DNA of 32,000 nt. Source: Pseudomonas aeruginosa. GTDB taxonomy: Bacteria > Pseudomonadota > Gammaproteobacteria > Pseudomonadales > Pseudomonadaceae. Positions 8,851-17,092 of the stretch are shown here, one piece after another. The stretch's first letter is position 1. Each line of letters begins with the position of its first letter. Both the position numbers and the translations under genes were made by a program. The notes beneath the pieces are model-generated. The model had not been told where the DNA came from, made no database searches, and saw only the letters and a program-made list of their open reading frames with translations. The stretch covers positions 330,001 through 362,000 of the forward strand of contig NZ_LN831024.1 of assembly GCF_001457615.1 (NCBI RefSeq), in the 5' to 3' direction.

Positions 8851-9426
8851 TCAGCCTTTTTCCGGGGTCCAGGGGCAGTAGCAACCCACGGCGAGGGTAT
8901 GGGTGGCATCCACCGGACGTCCCTGCAGCAGCGCTTCGAGGATCGGTTCGATGAAGCTGTTGCTGGAGGTGCATACCGCGCCCTCGCTATAGGGGCCGAA
9001 GTAGGCCAGGCGGCCGTCGCGGTCCCAGATCGCCACGGCCGGGCTGGCCGGCAACTGCTCGGAACCGGGCAGACCAGCGAGGGGGCGCAGGGCGGCCAGG
9101 TTGTCCGGCAGGCGGCCCTGGCTGCCAGGCTTCTGCAGGACATGGAACTCCACGCCCTTGCCGGCGAAGCGTTCGATCAGCTCGCCGAGGTGCTGCTGGT
9201 TGCCGACGTTGCAGGGGCAGGCCGGGTCCCAGAAATGCACCAGGCGGATCGCCCCCGGCCCGGCCAGCTCGGCCGGCAGGCGCAGGCTGTCGCCGGAGAA
9301 CAGGGTGGTCTGCTCGCTGAACGGGCGGATGTAGCGGATCTCGAACCACCAGTAGGCGGCGAGCAGGCCGCCGGCCCAGAGCAGGCCGACCAGGCTGACG
9401 AGGAGCGTCTTGCGGCGGGGAGTCAT
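8851..9426 (-). CDS. Membrane-anchored thioredoxin-fold-like protein with a C-P-C motif (unknown function)
   Basis: 191 aa from MTPRRKTLLVSLVGLLWAGGLLAAYWWF (a single N-terminal TM helix). Contains VHFWDPACPCN where thioredoxin-like proteins carry WCxxC, plus a C-terminal VGCYCPW. The start is uncertain (alternative ATG at 9462) and neither start has a clear SD. Confidence 0.65.
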   Translation of the reverse strand: MTPRRKTLLVSLVGLLWAGGLLAAYWWFEIRYIRPFSEQTTLFSGDSLRLPAELAGPGAIRLVHFWDPACPCNVGNQQHLGELIERFAGKGVEFHVLQKPGSQGRLPDNLAALRPLAGLPGSEQLPASPAVAIWDRDGRLAYFGPYSEGAVCTSSNSFIEPILEALLQGRPVDATHTLAVGCYCPWTPEKG

Positions 9427-9538
9427 GGCATTCACACGGAAAACGGGTGCCAAGCTTGCCATGTGTTCGCGCGCAGCTGAATATCCCTGGGTTTCGCCCG
9501 TGGCCCGGCCACGAATCGATTGCAGCCCGGAACCGCCG

Positions 9539-10480
9539 ATGTCAGAAGCCTTCAACCCCGATTACCTGCGCCAGCACCTGCGACCCTTGGCCGCGGCCGA
9601 GGCGGACGCCGCCGTCCTCGCCTACCAGGCCTACTACGGCCTGGACCTGCGCTCCCGCCATCCGCGCCTGCAAGCGCGGCTCGGCAGCATGGCGGTCGAC
9701 GGGCGCCGCCTGGCGGTGCAGGCCTGGCTGCTGCCGGAAGCGCGCGGCAGCCTGTTGCTGATGCATGGCTATTACGACCACATGGGACTGTATCGGCACG
9801 TGGTCGACTGGGCGCTGGGCATGGGTTTCTCGGTGCTCGCCTGCGACCTGCCGGGGCATGGCCTGTCCGAAGGCGAGCGGGCCAGCATCCGCGACTTCGC
9901 CGAATACCAGGCGGTGTTCAAGGGCCTGCTGGGCCAGGCTGCCGAACTCGACCTGGCGGCGCCCTGGCACCTCTGCGGACAAAGCACCGGGGGGGCGATC
10001 CTGCTGGACTACCTGCTGCACGGCGGCGAACGTCCCGAGCTGGGCGAGACGATTCTCCTGGCGCCGCTGGTGCGCCCGCGCGCCTGGGGCTGGTCGAAGC
10101 TCAGCTACCGCCTGCTGAGCCCCTTCGTCGACTCGATCCCGCGGCGCTTCTCGGAGAACTCCAGCGATCCGCAGTTCCTCGACTTCCTCCGCGAGCACGA
10201 TCCGTTGCAGCCACGCACCCTGCCGACCGCCTGGGTCGGCGCGCTGACCCGCTGGGTGCCGCGCATCGAGCGGGCACCTCGGCGTGCCCTGAGCCCCCTG
10301 GTGGTGCAGGGCGAGTCCGACGAGACGGTGGACTGGCGCCATGGCCTGAAGGTGCTGCGGGAGAAATTCGACGAGCCGCGGATACTGTTGCTGGAAGAGG
10401 CGCGCCATCACCTGGCGAACGAAAGCGAGGGGCTGCGGCGGCGCTATTTCGATTTCCTGAGCGACGCGCTGGGGGCCTGA
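9539..10480 (+). CDS. Alpha/beta-hydrolase (lysophospholipase / monoacylglycerol-lipase-like)
   Basis: 313 aa from MSEAFNPDYL. Oxyanion-region HGYYDHMG, nucleophile elbow GQSTGG (GxSxG) and C-terminal EEARHHL (catalytic His region). The start is chosen to avoid overlap with the divergent gene. Confidence 0.75.
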   Translation: MSEAFNPDYLRQHLRPLAAAEADAAVLAYQAYYGLDLRSRHPRLQARLGSMAVDGRRLAVQAWLLPEARGSLLLMHGYYDHMGLYRHVVDWALGMGFSVLACDLPGHGLSEGERASIRDFAEYQAVFKGLLGQAAELDLAAPWHLCGQSTGGAILLDYLLHGGERPELGETILLAPLVRPRAWGWSKLSYRLLSPFVDSIPRRFSENSSDPQFLDFLREHDPLQPRTLPTAWVGALTRWVPRIERAPRRALSPLVVQGESDETVDWRHGLKVLREKFDEPRILLLEEARHHLANESEGLRRRYFDFLSDALGA

Positions 10481-10499
10481 GTTCCAGGCCCCGCGTCGA

Positions 10500-11252
10500 T
10501 CAGGGGGCGACCGCCTGGTCCACCGCCAGGCCGGCTTTCAGCGCGGCCAGGGCCGCCTGGTAGTAGCTGCGGCCGGCCGGCGACTCGGCGAAGTTCACGT
10601 ACTGGGTGAGTTCCGCATCGGAGAGATCGCGGTAGACATACAGCAGGGTGTTCTCCAGGTCCGCGCCGATCTGCTGCACCAGGCGCTGGCGCTGGCCTTC
10701 CAGCAACTGGCCGGTCTGTCCGCCGCCAAGCAGGCCGGGGAGGCCCGGAAGCATCTGGCTGAGGCTGTCGGCGGCGACCCCGGCCAGGGCCAGGCTGACT
10801 TCCGCGCCGGCCTCTCGGGCCGGAAGGACCTGGGCCAGGCGCTTGACCAGGGCCCGGCGTGGCTCGCTGGCGGTCTGCCGCGGCAGGCCGTTGCTGTGCT
10901 GGAGCAACTGGTCGCGGCGGGTGGCGAGCACCTCGGCGGCGACCACCTTGCGCCCCAGCGGCGACTCGAAGAAATTCAGCGGGCTGGCGCTGTCCGGCAG
11001 GTTCTCGCGCAGGCCGTTGAGGGCGCGCTGGTCGACTTCGGTCGGGGCGAAGCGGCGATTGCTGTTGTCCACCAGGGTCTGGTAGAGCGCGGGCGGCAGC
11101 TTGTCCTGGTAGCGCTTCTGCGCCGCGTCCAGGGCATCGCTGAAATGCGCGCGCTGGTCGGGCCAGCCAGCGGCCTGGTACAGGCGTTGATAAGGGTCGG
11201 CCAGGGCGGGCAGACCAACCAGCAGTAAAGCGAAGGCGAGCAAAGCGCGCAT
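10500..11252 (-). CDS. Periplasmic protein of unknown function (DUF2059-like)
   Basis: 250 aa from the ATG preceded by AAGGAG. Signal peptide MRALLAFALLLVGLPALA/DP. The C-terminal LTQYVNFAESPAGRSYYQA block resembles DUF2059, assigned from memory. Confidence 0.7.
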   Translation of the reverse strand: MRALLAFALLLVGLPALADPYQRLYQAAGWPDQRAHFSDALDAAQKRYQDKLPPALYQTLVDNSNRRFAPTEVDQRALNGLRENLPDSASPLNFFESPLGRKVVAAEVLATRRDQLLQHSNGLPRQTASEPRRALVKRLAQVLPAREAGAEVSLALAGVAADSLSQMLPGLPGLLGGGQTGQLLEGQRQRLVQQIGADLENTLLYVYRDLSDAELTQYVNFAESPAGRSYYQAALAALKAGLAVDQAVAP

Positions 11253-11369
11253 TGATACTCCTTTGGCGGCGAAAGCCTCGTCGTTCGGGTGGTGCCGTCC
11301 ATGGGGCGCTATTGTCGACATGCGGCGGACCGCTTGTCGAGACACCGGGGCGGCACGCTACAATGGACA

Positions 11370-11999
11370 ATGCACATCAACGTCAATCATCCACTCCTGC
11401 ATCGCATCGTCGATGAACTGGTCGACCAGGGCTGGTCGCACCAGAGCATCTTCATGCCTGAGCGTCTGACCACCAGATTGGCCGAAGAGTGCCGCACCCG
11501 TGCGGTCGCGGGCGACCTGACCCCGGCGGCGATCGGCCGCGGCGACGGCCAGGTGATCCGCGAAGGCATCCGCGGCGACCTCACGCAATGGCTGGAGCCC
11601 GGAGAATCCGAGGCCTGCGACGAATACCTGGGGGTGATGGACAGCTTGCGCCAGGCGCTCAACGCCTCGCTGTTCCTCGGCCTCGAGGATTTCGAGTGCC
11701 ACTTCGCGCTGTACCCGCCGGGCGCCTATTACCAGAAGCATGTCGATCGTTTCCGCGACGACGACGCACGCACCGTCTCCGCGGTTCTCTACCTCAACGA
11801 TGCCTGGTTGCCCGAGCATGGCGGCGCGCTGCGCCTGCACCTGCCGCAGCGGCAGGTGGACATCCAGCCGACGGGCGGTAGCCTGGTGGTGTTCATGTCC
11901 GCCGGCACCGAGCACGAAGTCCTGCCCGCCAGCCGCGACCGGCTGTCGCTGACCGGCTGGTTCCGCCGGCGCAACGAATCCCTCCTGCAACTTTCCTGA
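11370..11999 (+). CDS. 2-oxoglutarate/Fe(II)-dependent oxygenase (prolyl-4-hydroxylase-like)
   Basis: 209 aa from MHINVNHPLL. Facial-triad pattern HVD...(GTEHEV) and a basic residue in RLSLTGWF, typical of the 2OG-Fe(II) oxygenase fold. Confidence 0.75.
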   Translation: MHINVNHPLLHRIVDELVDQGWSHQSIFMPERLTTRLAEECRTRAVAGDLTPAAIGRGDGQVIREGIRGDLTQWLEPGESEACDEYLGVMDSLRQALNASLFLGLEDFECHFALYPPGAYYQKHVDRFRDDDARTVSAVLYLNDAWLPEHGGALRLHLPQRQVDIQPTGGSLVVFMSAGTEHEVLPASRDRLSLTGWFRRRNESLLQLS

Positions 12000-12004
12000 A
12001 CCCT

Positions 12005-12021
12005 AGGCGGCGTCGCCGCCT
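12005..12021. terminator. Short hairpin between convergent genes
   Basis: AGGCGGC-gtc-GCCGCCT: 7-bp stem with a 3-nt loop. It fills the 21-bp gap between the two convergent stops and has no U-tract. Confidence 0.3.
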
Positions 12022-12575
12022 CAGTGACCCCAGACCTTGATCGTGCCGCGCAGGTCGGTGATGTCGCGCAGTTCGATGCGGCCGATCGAGTTGTCGCCGA
12101 TGTACAGGTCGCTGGCCACCCGCAGGCGGATGCGCTGCGCCGGCAGGCCGCTGGCGATCAACTGGTCGTTGATGGTGGCGAGGTCCGGCAGGCTGATCGC
12201 CAGTTGCTGCCCGCCGCCGCTGCCGGTGGTCACGTCCAGTGCCAGGGTCGGCTGCTCGACGCCGAAGATCGGCAAGCTCAGGCCGAGCTGGGCGGCGCCC
12301 AGGGGGATGTTGCCTCCGCGCCCGTCCGGGCAGTCGCCGGCCTTCACGCAGCCGTTGTCGATCACCAGGTTGCGCAGCGAGAGGCTGCCGCCGTCGTCCA
12401 CCCAGGCGACCCTGGCCGCGCCGGCGCGCAGGTCCAGGCGCAGGCTGATGCCGGCCTGGCCGGTGACCTGGCTGAGACTGTCGTTGTCCAGGGCCTCCAT
12501 GGCCGCCTGGCTGGCAGCGCTGGCGAGCAACGCGGGGGCCAGGAAAAACGGTAGAAGCGAGCGGGTCGGGAGCAT
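12021..12575 (-). CDS. Secreted Gly/Leu-rich protein of unknown function
   Basis: 184 aa with signal peptide MLPTRSLLPFFLAPALLASAASQA/AM. Conserved-looking LDNDSLSQVTGQAGISL segment, one Cys pair (GCVKAGDCPDG) and predicted beta-rich composition. No family assigned. Confidence 0.65.
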   Translation of the reverse strand: MLPTRSLLPFFLAPALLASAASQAAMEALDNDSLSQVTGQAGISLRLDLRAGAARVAWVDDGGSLSLRNLVIDNGCVKAGDCPDGRGGNIPLGAAQLGLSLPIFGVEQPTLALDVTTGSGGGQQLAISLPDLATINDQLIASGLPAQRIRLRVASDLYIGDNSIGRIELRDITDLRGTIKVWGH

Positions 12576-12840
12576 GATGGGCGGGTCCTTCGCGGTTGCG
12601 CGGGAAGCCAGTCTGCTCGGGGCGGCGGAGGTTCGCCATGGGCCGCCCGCAGTTCTATCCTAAGGATCGGCAAGAAATAGCCCTGGTCCCCGCCATACGG
12701 GCGCTGGAGCGCTACCGCGAGGCCTAACTCCGGTTGGGTCGAGGGCGGGTTTCCCCGGTGCTTCCCGGCTACTGTTACCGGGCGTGACCATCGGCGAGCG
12801 GCGGGCTACTCTGTGTGCCTGTCAAAGGGGTGGAGCATCC

Positions 12841-13335
12841 ATGCAGAAGGTTCTGGTCAGCCGTTGCCTGCTGGGCCACCTGGTGCGCTACGACGGTGGC
12901 AGCCATGGCCCGTTCGACCTGCTCTCGCGCTGGCATGCGCAGGGGCGGATCGTCGCCCTTTGCCCGGAGGTCGCCGGAGGCCTGCCGACGCCCCGCCCGC
13001 CAGCGGAGATCCCCGGCGGCCAGGGCGGCGAAGTGCTGGACCGGCTGAACCGGGTCTTCACCGTCGACGGCGAGGATGTCAGCGAAGCATTCCTGCTGGG
13101 TGCGGAGGCGGCAGTGGAGCTGGTCCGCCGCCATGACATCCGGATGGCCGTGCTCAAGGCGCGCAGTCCTTCCTGCGGCAACCTGGAGAACTACGACGGG
13201 CGCTTCAACGGCAACCGGGTCGCCGGCGAGGGCGTTACCGCCGCCGCCCTCAAGCGCATGGGCGTGCTGGTATTCAACGAGGATGAACTGGACCGCGCCG
13301 CGGTCTGCCTGGCCGGCCTCGACGCCGGCGGCTGA
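12841..13335 (+). CDS. DUF523 / TudS-like (2-thiouracil desulfurase family) Fe-S protein
   Basis: 164 aa from MQKVLVSRCLLG. Three conserved-position Cys (SRCLLG, ALCPEV, SPSCG), consistent with the DUF523 [4Fe-4S] ligands. Confidence 0.7.
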   Translation: MQKVLVSRCLLGHLVRYDGGSHGPFDLLSRWHAQGRIVALCPEVAGGLPTPRPPAEIPGGQGGEVLDRLNRVFTVDGEDVSEAFLLGAEAAVELVRRHDIRMAVLKARSPSCGNLENYDGRFNGNRVAGEGVTAAALKRMGVLVFNEDELDRAAVCLAGLDAGG

Positions 13336-13337
13336 AC

Positions 13338-14030
13338 TCAGCGCCGCAGCGGCGCGGTCAGGCGGTTCTCCAGGGCTTTCTGCACACGCTCGAAGAGTGC
13401 CGAAAGCAGCCAGTAGATCCCGGCGGCGGCGAGATAGAGCGGCAGCGGCTGGAAGGTCTCGGCGATGACCTCCTTGGTCGCCAGCATCAGTTCGGTCACG
13501 GTGATCACGGAGATCAGCGAGGTGTCCTTGATCAGGCTGATCAGGCTGTTCGACAGGCTCGGCACCGCCAGGCGCAGGGCCTGCGGGGTGATGATGTTCC
13601 ACAGGGTCTGGCCCCAGGTCAGGCCGACCGAGAGCCCGGCTTCCCATTGTCCCTTGTCGATGCCGAGGATCGCCCCGCGCATGGACTCCGAGAGATAGGC
13701 CGCGACATTCAGGGTCAGCGCCAGGATGCCCGCGGTGACCGGGGTGAACTCGATGCCTACGCTCGGCAGCCCGTAGTACAGGACGAAGATCTGCACCAGC
13801 AGTGGCGTCCCGCGGAAGGCGCTGACGTAGACCGCGGCGATCTGCGAGACCACCGGCACCTTGGTCACCCGGACCACCGCGACGCTGAAGCCGAGGATCA
13901 GGCCCAGGACCATCGATACCGCGGCGAACAGCACGGTATACATCGCGCCCTGGAGCAGGAAGGGCCAGGCCATCCCGAGCAGCTCGACCAGGTTGGCGAG
14001 CCATTCGAGCAATTTCTGCAGCGAATTCAT
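13338..14030 (-). CDS. yecS: Polar amino-acid (cyst(e)ine-type) ABC transporter permease
   Basis: 230-aa HisM/YecS-type permease with VSAFRGTPLLVQIFVLYYGLP (EAA-region). Downstream of a family-3 binding-protein gene. The symbol is taken from my recollection of the PAO1 annotation. Confidence 0.75.
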   Translation of the reverse strand: MNSLQKLLEWLANLVELLGMAWPFLLQGAMYTVLFAAVSMVLGLILGFSVAVVRVTKVPVVSQIAAVYVSAFRGTPLLVQIFVLYYGLPSVGIEFTPVTAGILALTLNVAAYLSESMRGAILGIDKGQWEAGLSVGLTWGQTLWNIITPQALRLAVPSLSNSLISLIKDTSLISVITVTELMLATKEVIAETFQPLPLYLAAAGIYWLLSALFERVQKALENRLTAPLRR

Positions 14031-14054
14031 TCAACACTCCATCGACAAACACGA

Positions 14055-14079
14055 CGGCCGCGTCTCTCGGGCGCGGCCG
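14055..14079 (-). other. Intercistronic hairpin between the binding-protein and permease genes
   Basis: CGGCCGCG-(9 nt)-CGCGGCCG: 8-bp perfect GC stem in the 71-bp gap. On the minus strand it is followed by the moderately U-rich tcgtgtttgtcg and then the GGAG SD of the permease. Confidence 0.45.
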
Positions 14080-14101
14080 CTTCCCCCGTTCGGGCGGGAA
14101 C

Positions 14102-14872
14102 TCACTTCGGCGGCTGGCTGACGTCCAGGCCGAACCACTTTTCCGAGAGCTTGGCGAAGCGGCCGTCGGCCTTGATCTTCTCCAGCGCCGCGTTCAGCGC
14201 CTCGCCGAACTTCGGATTGTTCTTCCGGTAGGGAATCGCCATGTTCGCCACCGGTCCCACCGCCGCGCCGGGCTTGACCGGCAGCTTGGCCTCGCGGATG
14301 GCGAAGGGGATCAGCAGGCGGTCGTTGAGCGCCGCGTCGATGCGTTTGCTGGCCAGGTCCTGCAGGTATTCCGGGGCGCCCGGATAGGTGCGCACGTTGA
14401 CGCCGGCCACCGACTTCGCCAGGTCGGCGTAGTTGGTGCCCTGGCCGACGCCGAGCTTGAGGCCCTTGAGGTCTTCCAGCGACTTGAACTGGCGGGTTTC
14501 GTCGGCGCGCACGATCAACTGGGCGCTGGAGATGGTGTATGGCTCGCTGAAGTCGAAGACCTTGCGCCGCTGCTCGTTCACCGAGACCTGGTTCAGCGCG
14601 ATGTCGTACTTGCCGCTCTGCAGGCCGGCGAGGATGCCGCTCCATTCGGTGGTGACGAATTCCGGCTTGACCGCCAGTTCGGCGGCCAGCAGTTCGCCCA
14701 GTTCGGTCTCGAAGCCGGTGAGCTTGCCGCCCTGCTTGAAGTTGAACGGCGGATAGGTGCCCTCCAGGGCGATGCGCAGGGCGCCGCGCTGGTGGACGTC
14801 GTCGAGCAGCTCGGCATGGGCCAGCGGAGCGGCCAGGGATACCAGCATCAGCAGGCGGGGCAGAAATCGCAT
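14102..14872 (-). CDS. fliY: Periplasmic polar amino-acid (cyst(e)ine-type) binding protein, family 3 SBP
   Basis: 256 aa from the ATG preceded by GAGGAG. Signal peptide MRFLPRLLMLVSLAAPLAHA/EL. Contains LRIALEGTYPPFNF and other typical family-3 SBP blocks. The symbol is taken from my recollection of the PAO1 annotation. Confidence 0.75.
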   Translation of the reverse strand: MRFLPRLLMLVSLAAPLAHAELLDDVHQRGALRIALEGTYPPFNFKQGGKLTGFETELGELLAAELAVKPEFVTTEWSGILAGLQSGKYDIALNQVSVNEQRRKVFDFSEPYTISSAQLIVRADETRQFKSLEDLKGLKLGVGQGTNYADLAKSVAGVNVRTYPGAPEYLQDLASKRIDAALNDRLLIPFAIREAKLPVKPGAAVGPVANMAIPYRKNNPKFGEALNAALEKIKADGRFAKLSEKWFGLDVSQPPK

Positions 14873-15164
14873 GTAGTACTCCTCGGGTGGGAATGAACGT
14901 CGGTCGGGCCTATGCTGTTCGTTCAGCTTAGCCGGGCCCGCGTCCTGGACAATCGCGAACCTACTGGGTTGCATGCGGTCTTTCCAGGGGTTGCGGGCAT
15001 TGACCCGGATTATGTGCGCGAGCGCCGCTCTAACACGGGCTTCGCAGTGGAAATCGCTGTGCCAGCGATGCCTTTCCCTGATTCGGAAGGCACGAAGAGT
15101 GCCGGGGAAATTCCGTCCAGTGGTGTTTCCCGGGTGCTAACGGAAGTGAAAACAGGAGACTCCC

Positions 15165-15602
15165 ATGAGAGTGACATTGCCTTGCCTCGGTCTAGCCGCC
15201 CTGATGTTCGGCGCATCCGCCAGCCTGATGGCTGCCGACCTGCCCCGGACGAAGGCGCCCGAAGGGGCGAAAGTGTATTTCATCACGCCGGCCGATGGTG
15301 CAACCGTCGACAAGACCTTCACCGTGAAATTCGGCCTGAAAGGCATGGGCGTGGCGCCGGCCGGCGTCGACATGCCGGATACCGGCCACCATCACCTGTT
15401 GGTGGACCTGAAGGAGCAGCCGGCGATGAACCTGCCGCTGCCGATGACCGACAACATCCGCCACTTCGGCAAGGGCCAGACCGAAACCGAGATCACCCTG
15501 CCGCCGGGCAAGCACACCCTGCAACTGCTGGTGGGCGACAAGAACCACGTGCCGCTGGAGCCGACCGTGGAGTCGGAGAAGATCACCGTTACCGTCAAGT
15601 GA
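15165..15602 (+). CDS. Exported DUF4399-like protein
   Basis: 145 aa with SD CAGGAG and a signal peptide ending SLMA/AD. Contains a PDTGHHHLLVD motif and a single beta-sandwich-sized domain. Confidence 0.7.
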   Translation: MRVTLPCLGLAALMFGASASLMAADLPRTKAPEGAKVYFITPADGATVDKTFTVKFGLKGMGVAPAGVDMPDTGHHHLLVDLKEQPAMNLPLPMTDNIRHFGKGQTETEITLPPGKHTLQLLVGDKNHVPLEPTVESEKITVTVK

Positions 15603-15610
15603 CGGAAACG

Positions 15611-15639
15611 AAAAAAGGAGGCCGCTGGGCCTCCTTTTT
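15611..15639. terminator. Bidirectional rho-independent terminator (DUF4399 gene / serA)
   Basis: AAAAAA-GGAGGCC-gctg-GGCCTCC-TTTTT between convergent stops. Confidence 0.85.
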
Positions 15640-15659
15640 CCTTTCCGCCGGACGCTGCC

Positions 15660-16889
15660 TTAGAACAGCACGCGGCTACGGATGGTACCGTTGACCTGCT
15701 GGAGTTTCTCCAGGGCCAGGTCCGAGTACTCGGCATCGACGTCGATCACTACGTAGCCGACCTTCTCGTTGGTTTGCAGGTACTGGCCGGAAACGTTGAT
15801 GCCGTTGTCGGCGAAGACCTTGTTGATCTCGCTCATCACGCCGGGGATGTTGGCGTGGATGTGCAGCAGGCGGTGCTTGCCCGGGTGCGACGGCAGGGCC
15901 ACTTCGGGGAAGTTGACTGAGGACACCGAGGTGCCGTTGTCGCTGTACTTGACCAGCTTCTCCGCCACTTCCAGGCCGATGTTGGCCTGTGCCTCGGCGG
16001 TGGAGCCGCCGATGTGCGGGGTCAGGATCACCCGGTCCAGGCCACGCAGCGGGCTGGCGAATTCCTCGTCGTTGGATTTCGGCTCGACCGGGAACACGTC
16101 GATGGCGGCGCCGATCAGGTGCTCGTCCTTGATCGCGGCGGCCAGGTGGTCCAACTCGACCACTGTGCCGCGCGCGGCGTTGATCAGGATGCCGCCCTTC
16201 TTCATCGCGCGGATTTCCTTCTCGCCGATCATCCACTGGGTGGAGGGCAGTTCGGGAACGTGCAGCGAGACGATGTCGGACATGCCCAGCAGCTCGTGCA
16301 GGCTGCCGATCTGCACCGCGTTGCCCAGCGGCAGCTTGGTCACGGTGTCGTAGAAGAACACCTGCATGCCCAGGGCCTCGGCGAGTACCGAGAGCTGGGT
16401 GCCGATCGAGCCGTAGCCGACGATGCCGAGCTTCTTGCCACGGATCTCGAAGGAATTCGCCGCGCTCTTGATCCAGCCGCCGCGATGGCAGGAGGCGTTC
16501 TTTTCCGGGATGCCGCGCAGCAGCAGGATCGCCTCGGCCAGTACCAGCTCAGCCACAGAGCGGGTGTTCGAGTAGGGCGCGTTGAACACGGCGATACCGC
16601 GTTCGCGGGCGGCGTTGAGGTCGACCTGGTTGGTGCCGATGCAGAAGCAGCCGACCGCGATCAGTTTCTTCGCGCAGTCGAAGACCTCTTCGGTCAGCTG
16701 GGTGCGGGAGCGAATGCCGATGAAGTGCGCATCGGCGATCCTTTCCTTCAGCTCGTCGCCGGAAAGCGCGGTCTTGAGGTACTCGATGTTGGTGTAGCCG
16801 GCGGCCTTCAGCGTGTCCACGGCGTTCTGGTGGACACCTTCGAGAAGAAGGAACTTGATCTTGCTCTTGTCGAGAGAGGTCTTGCTCAT
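15660..16889 (-). CDS. serA: D-3-phosphoglycerate dehydrogenase (long form with C-terminal ACT domain)
   Basis: 409 aa. NAD-binding GIVGYGSIGTQL, catalytic-region HIGGST and a C-terminal ACT-like regulatory domain (RLLHIHANIPGVMSEINKVF). Confidence 0.92.
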   Translation of the reverse strand: MSKTSLDKSKIKFLLLEGVHQNAVDTLKAAGYTNIEYLKTALSGDELKERIADAHFIGIRSRTQLTEEVFDCAKKLIAVGCFCIGTNQVDLNAARERGIAVFNAPYSNTRSVAELVLAEAILLLRGIPEKNASCHRGGWIKSAANSFEIRGKKLGIVGYGSIGTQLSVLAEALGMQVFFYDTVTKLPLGNAVQIGSLHELLGMSDIVSLHVPELPSTQWMIGEKEIRAMKKGGILINAARGTVVELDHLAAAIKDEHLIGAAIDVFPVEPKSNDEEFASPLRGLDRVILTPHIGGSTAEAQANIGLEVAEKLVKYSDNGTSVSSVNFPEVALPSHPGKHRLLHIHANIPGVMSEINKVFADNGINVSGQYLQTNEKVGYVVIDVDAEYSDLALEKLQQVNGTIRSRVLF

Positions 16890-17092
16890 CTGCGTAAACC
16901 TGTTGTCCCGGAGGAAGTGGCTGGAAAGCGAACTGCGCGAAGCGGGTCCGGCCGGCGCTGGCCGGCACCCGCAACTCGGCGCCCAGAGGCACTAAGCGCG
17001 GGGGGCGTATGCTAGCATGTTCTCCCTTTTCCTTGCCCGGTTGCGACCTGAGTTGTTCTCAGGACGACCATGAATCATTTGAGAGTTCCCGA

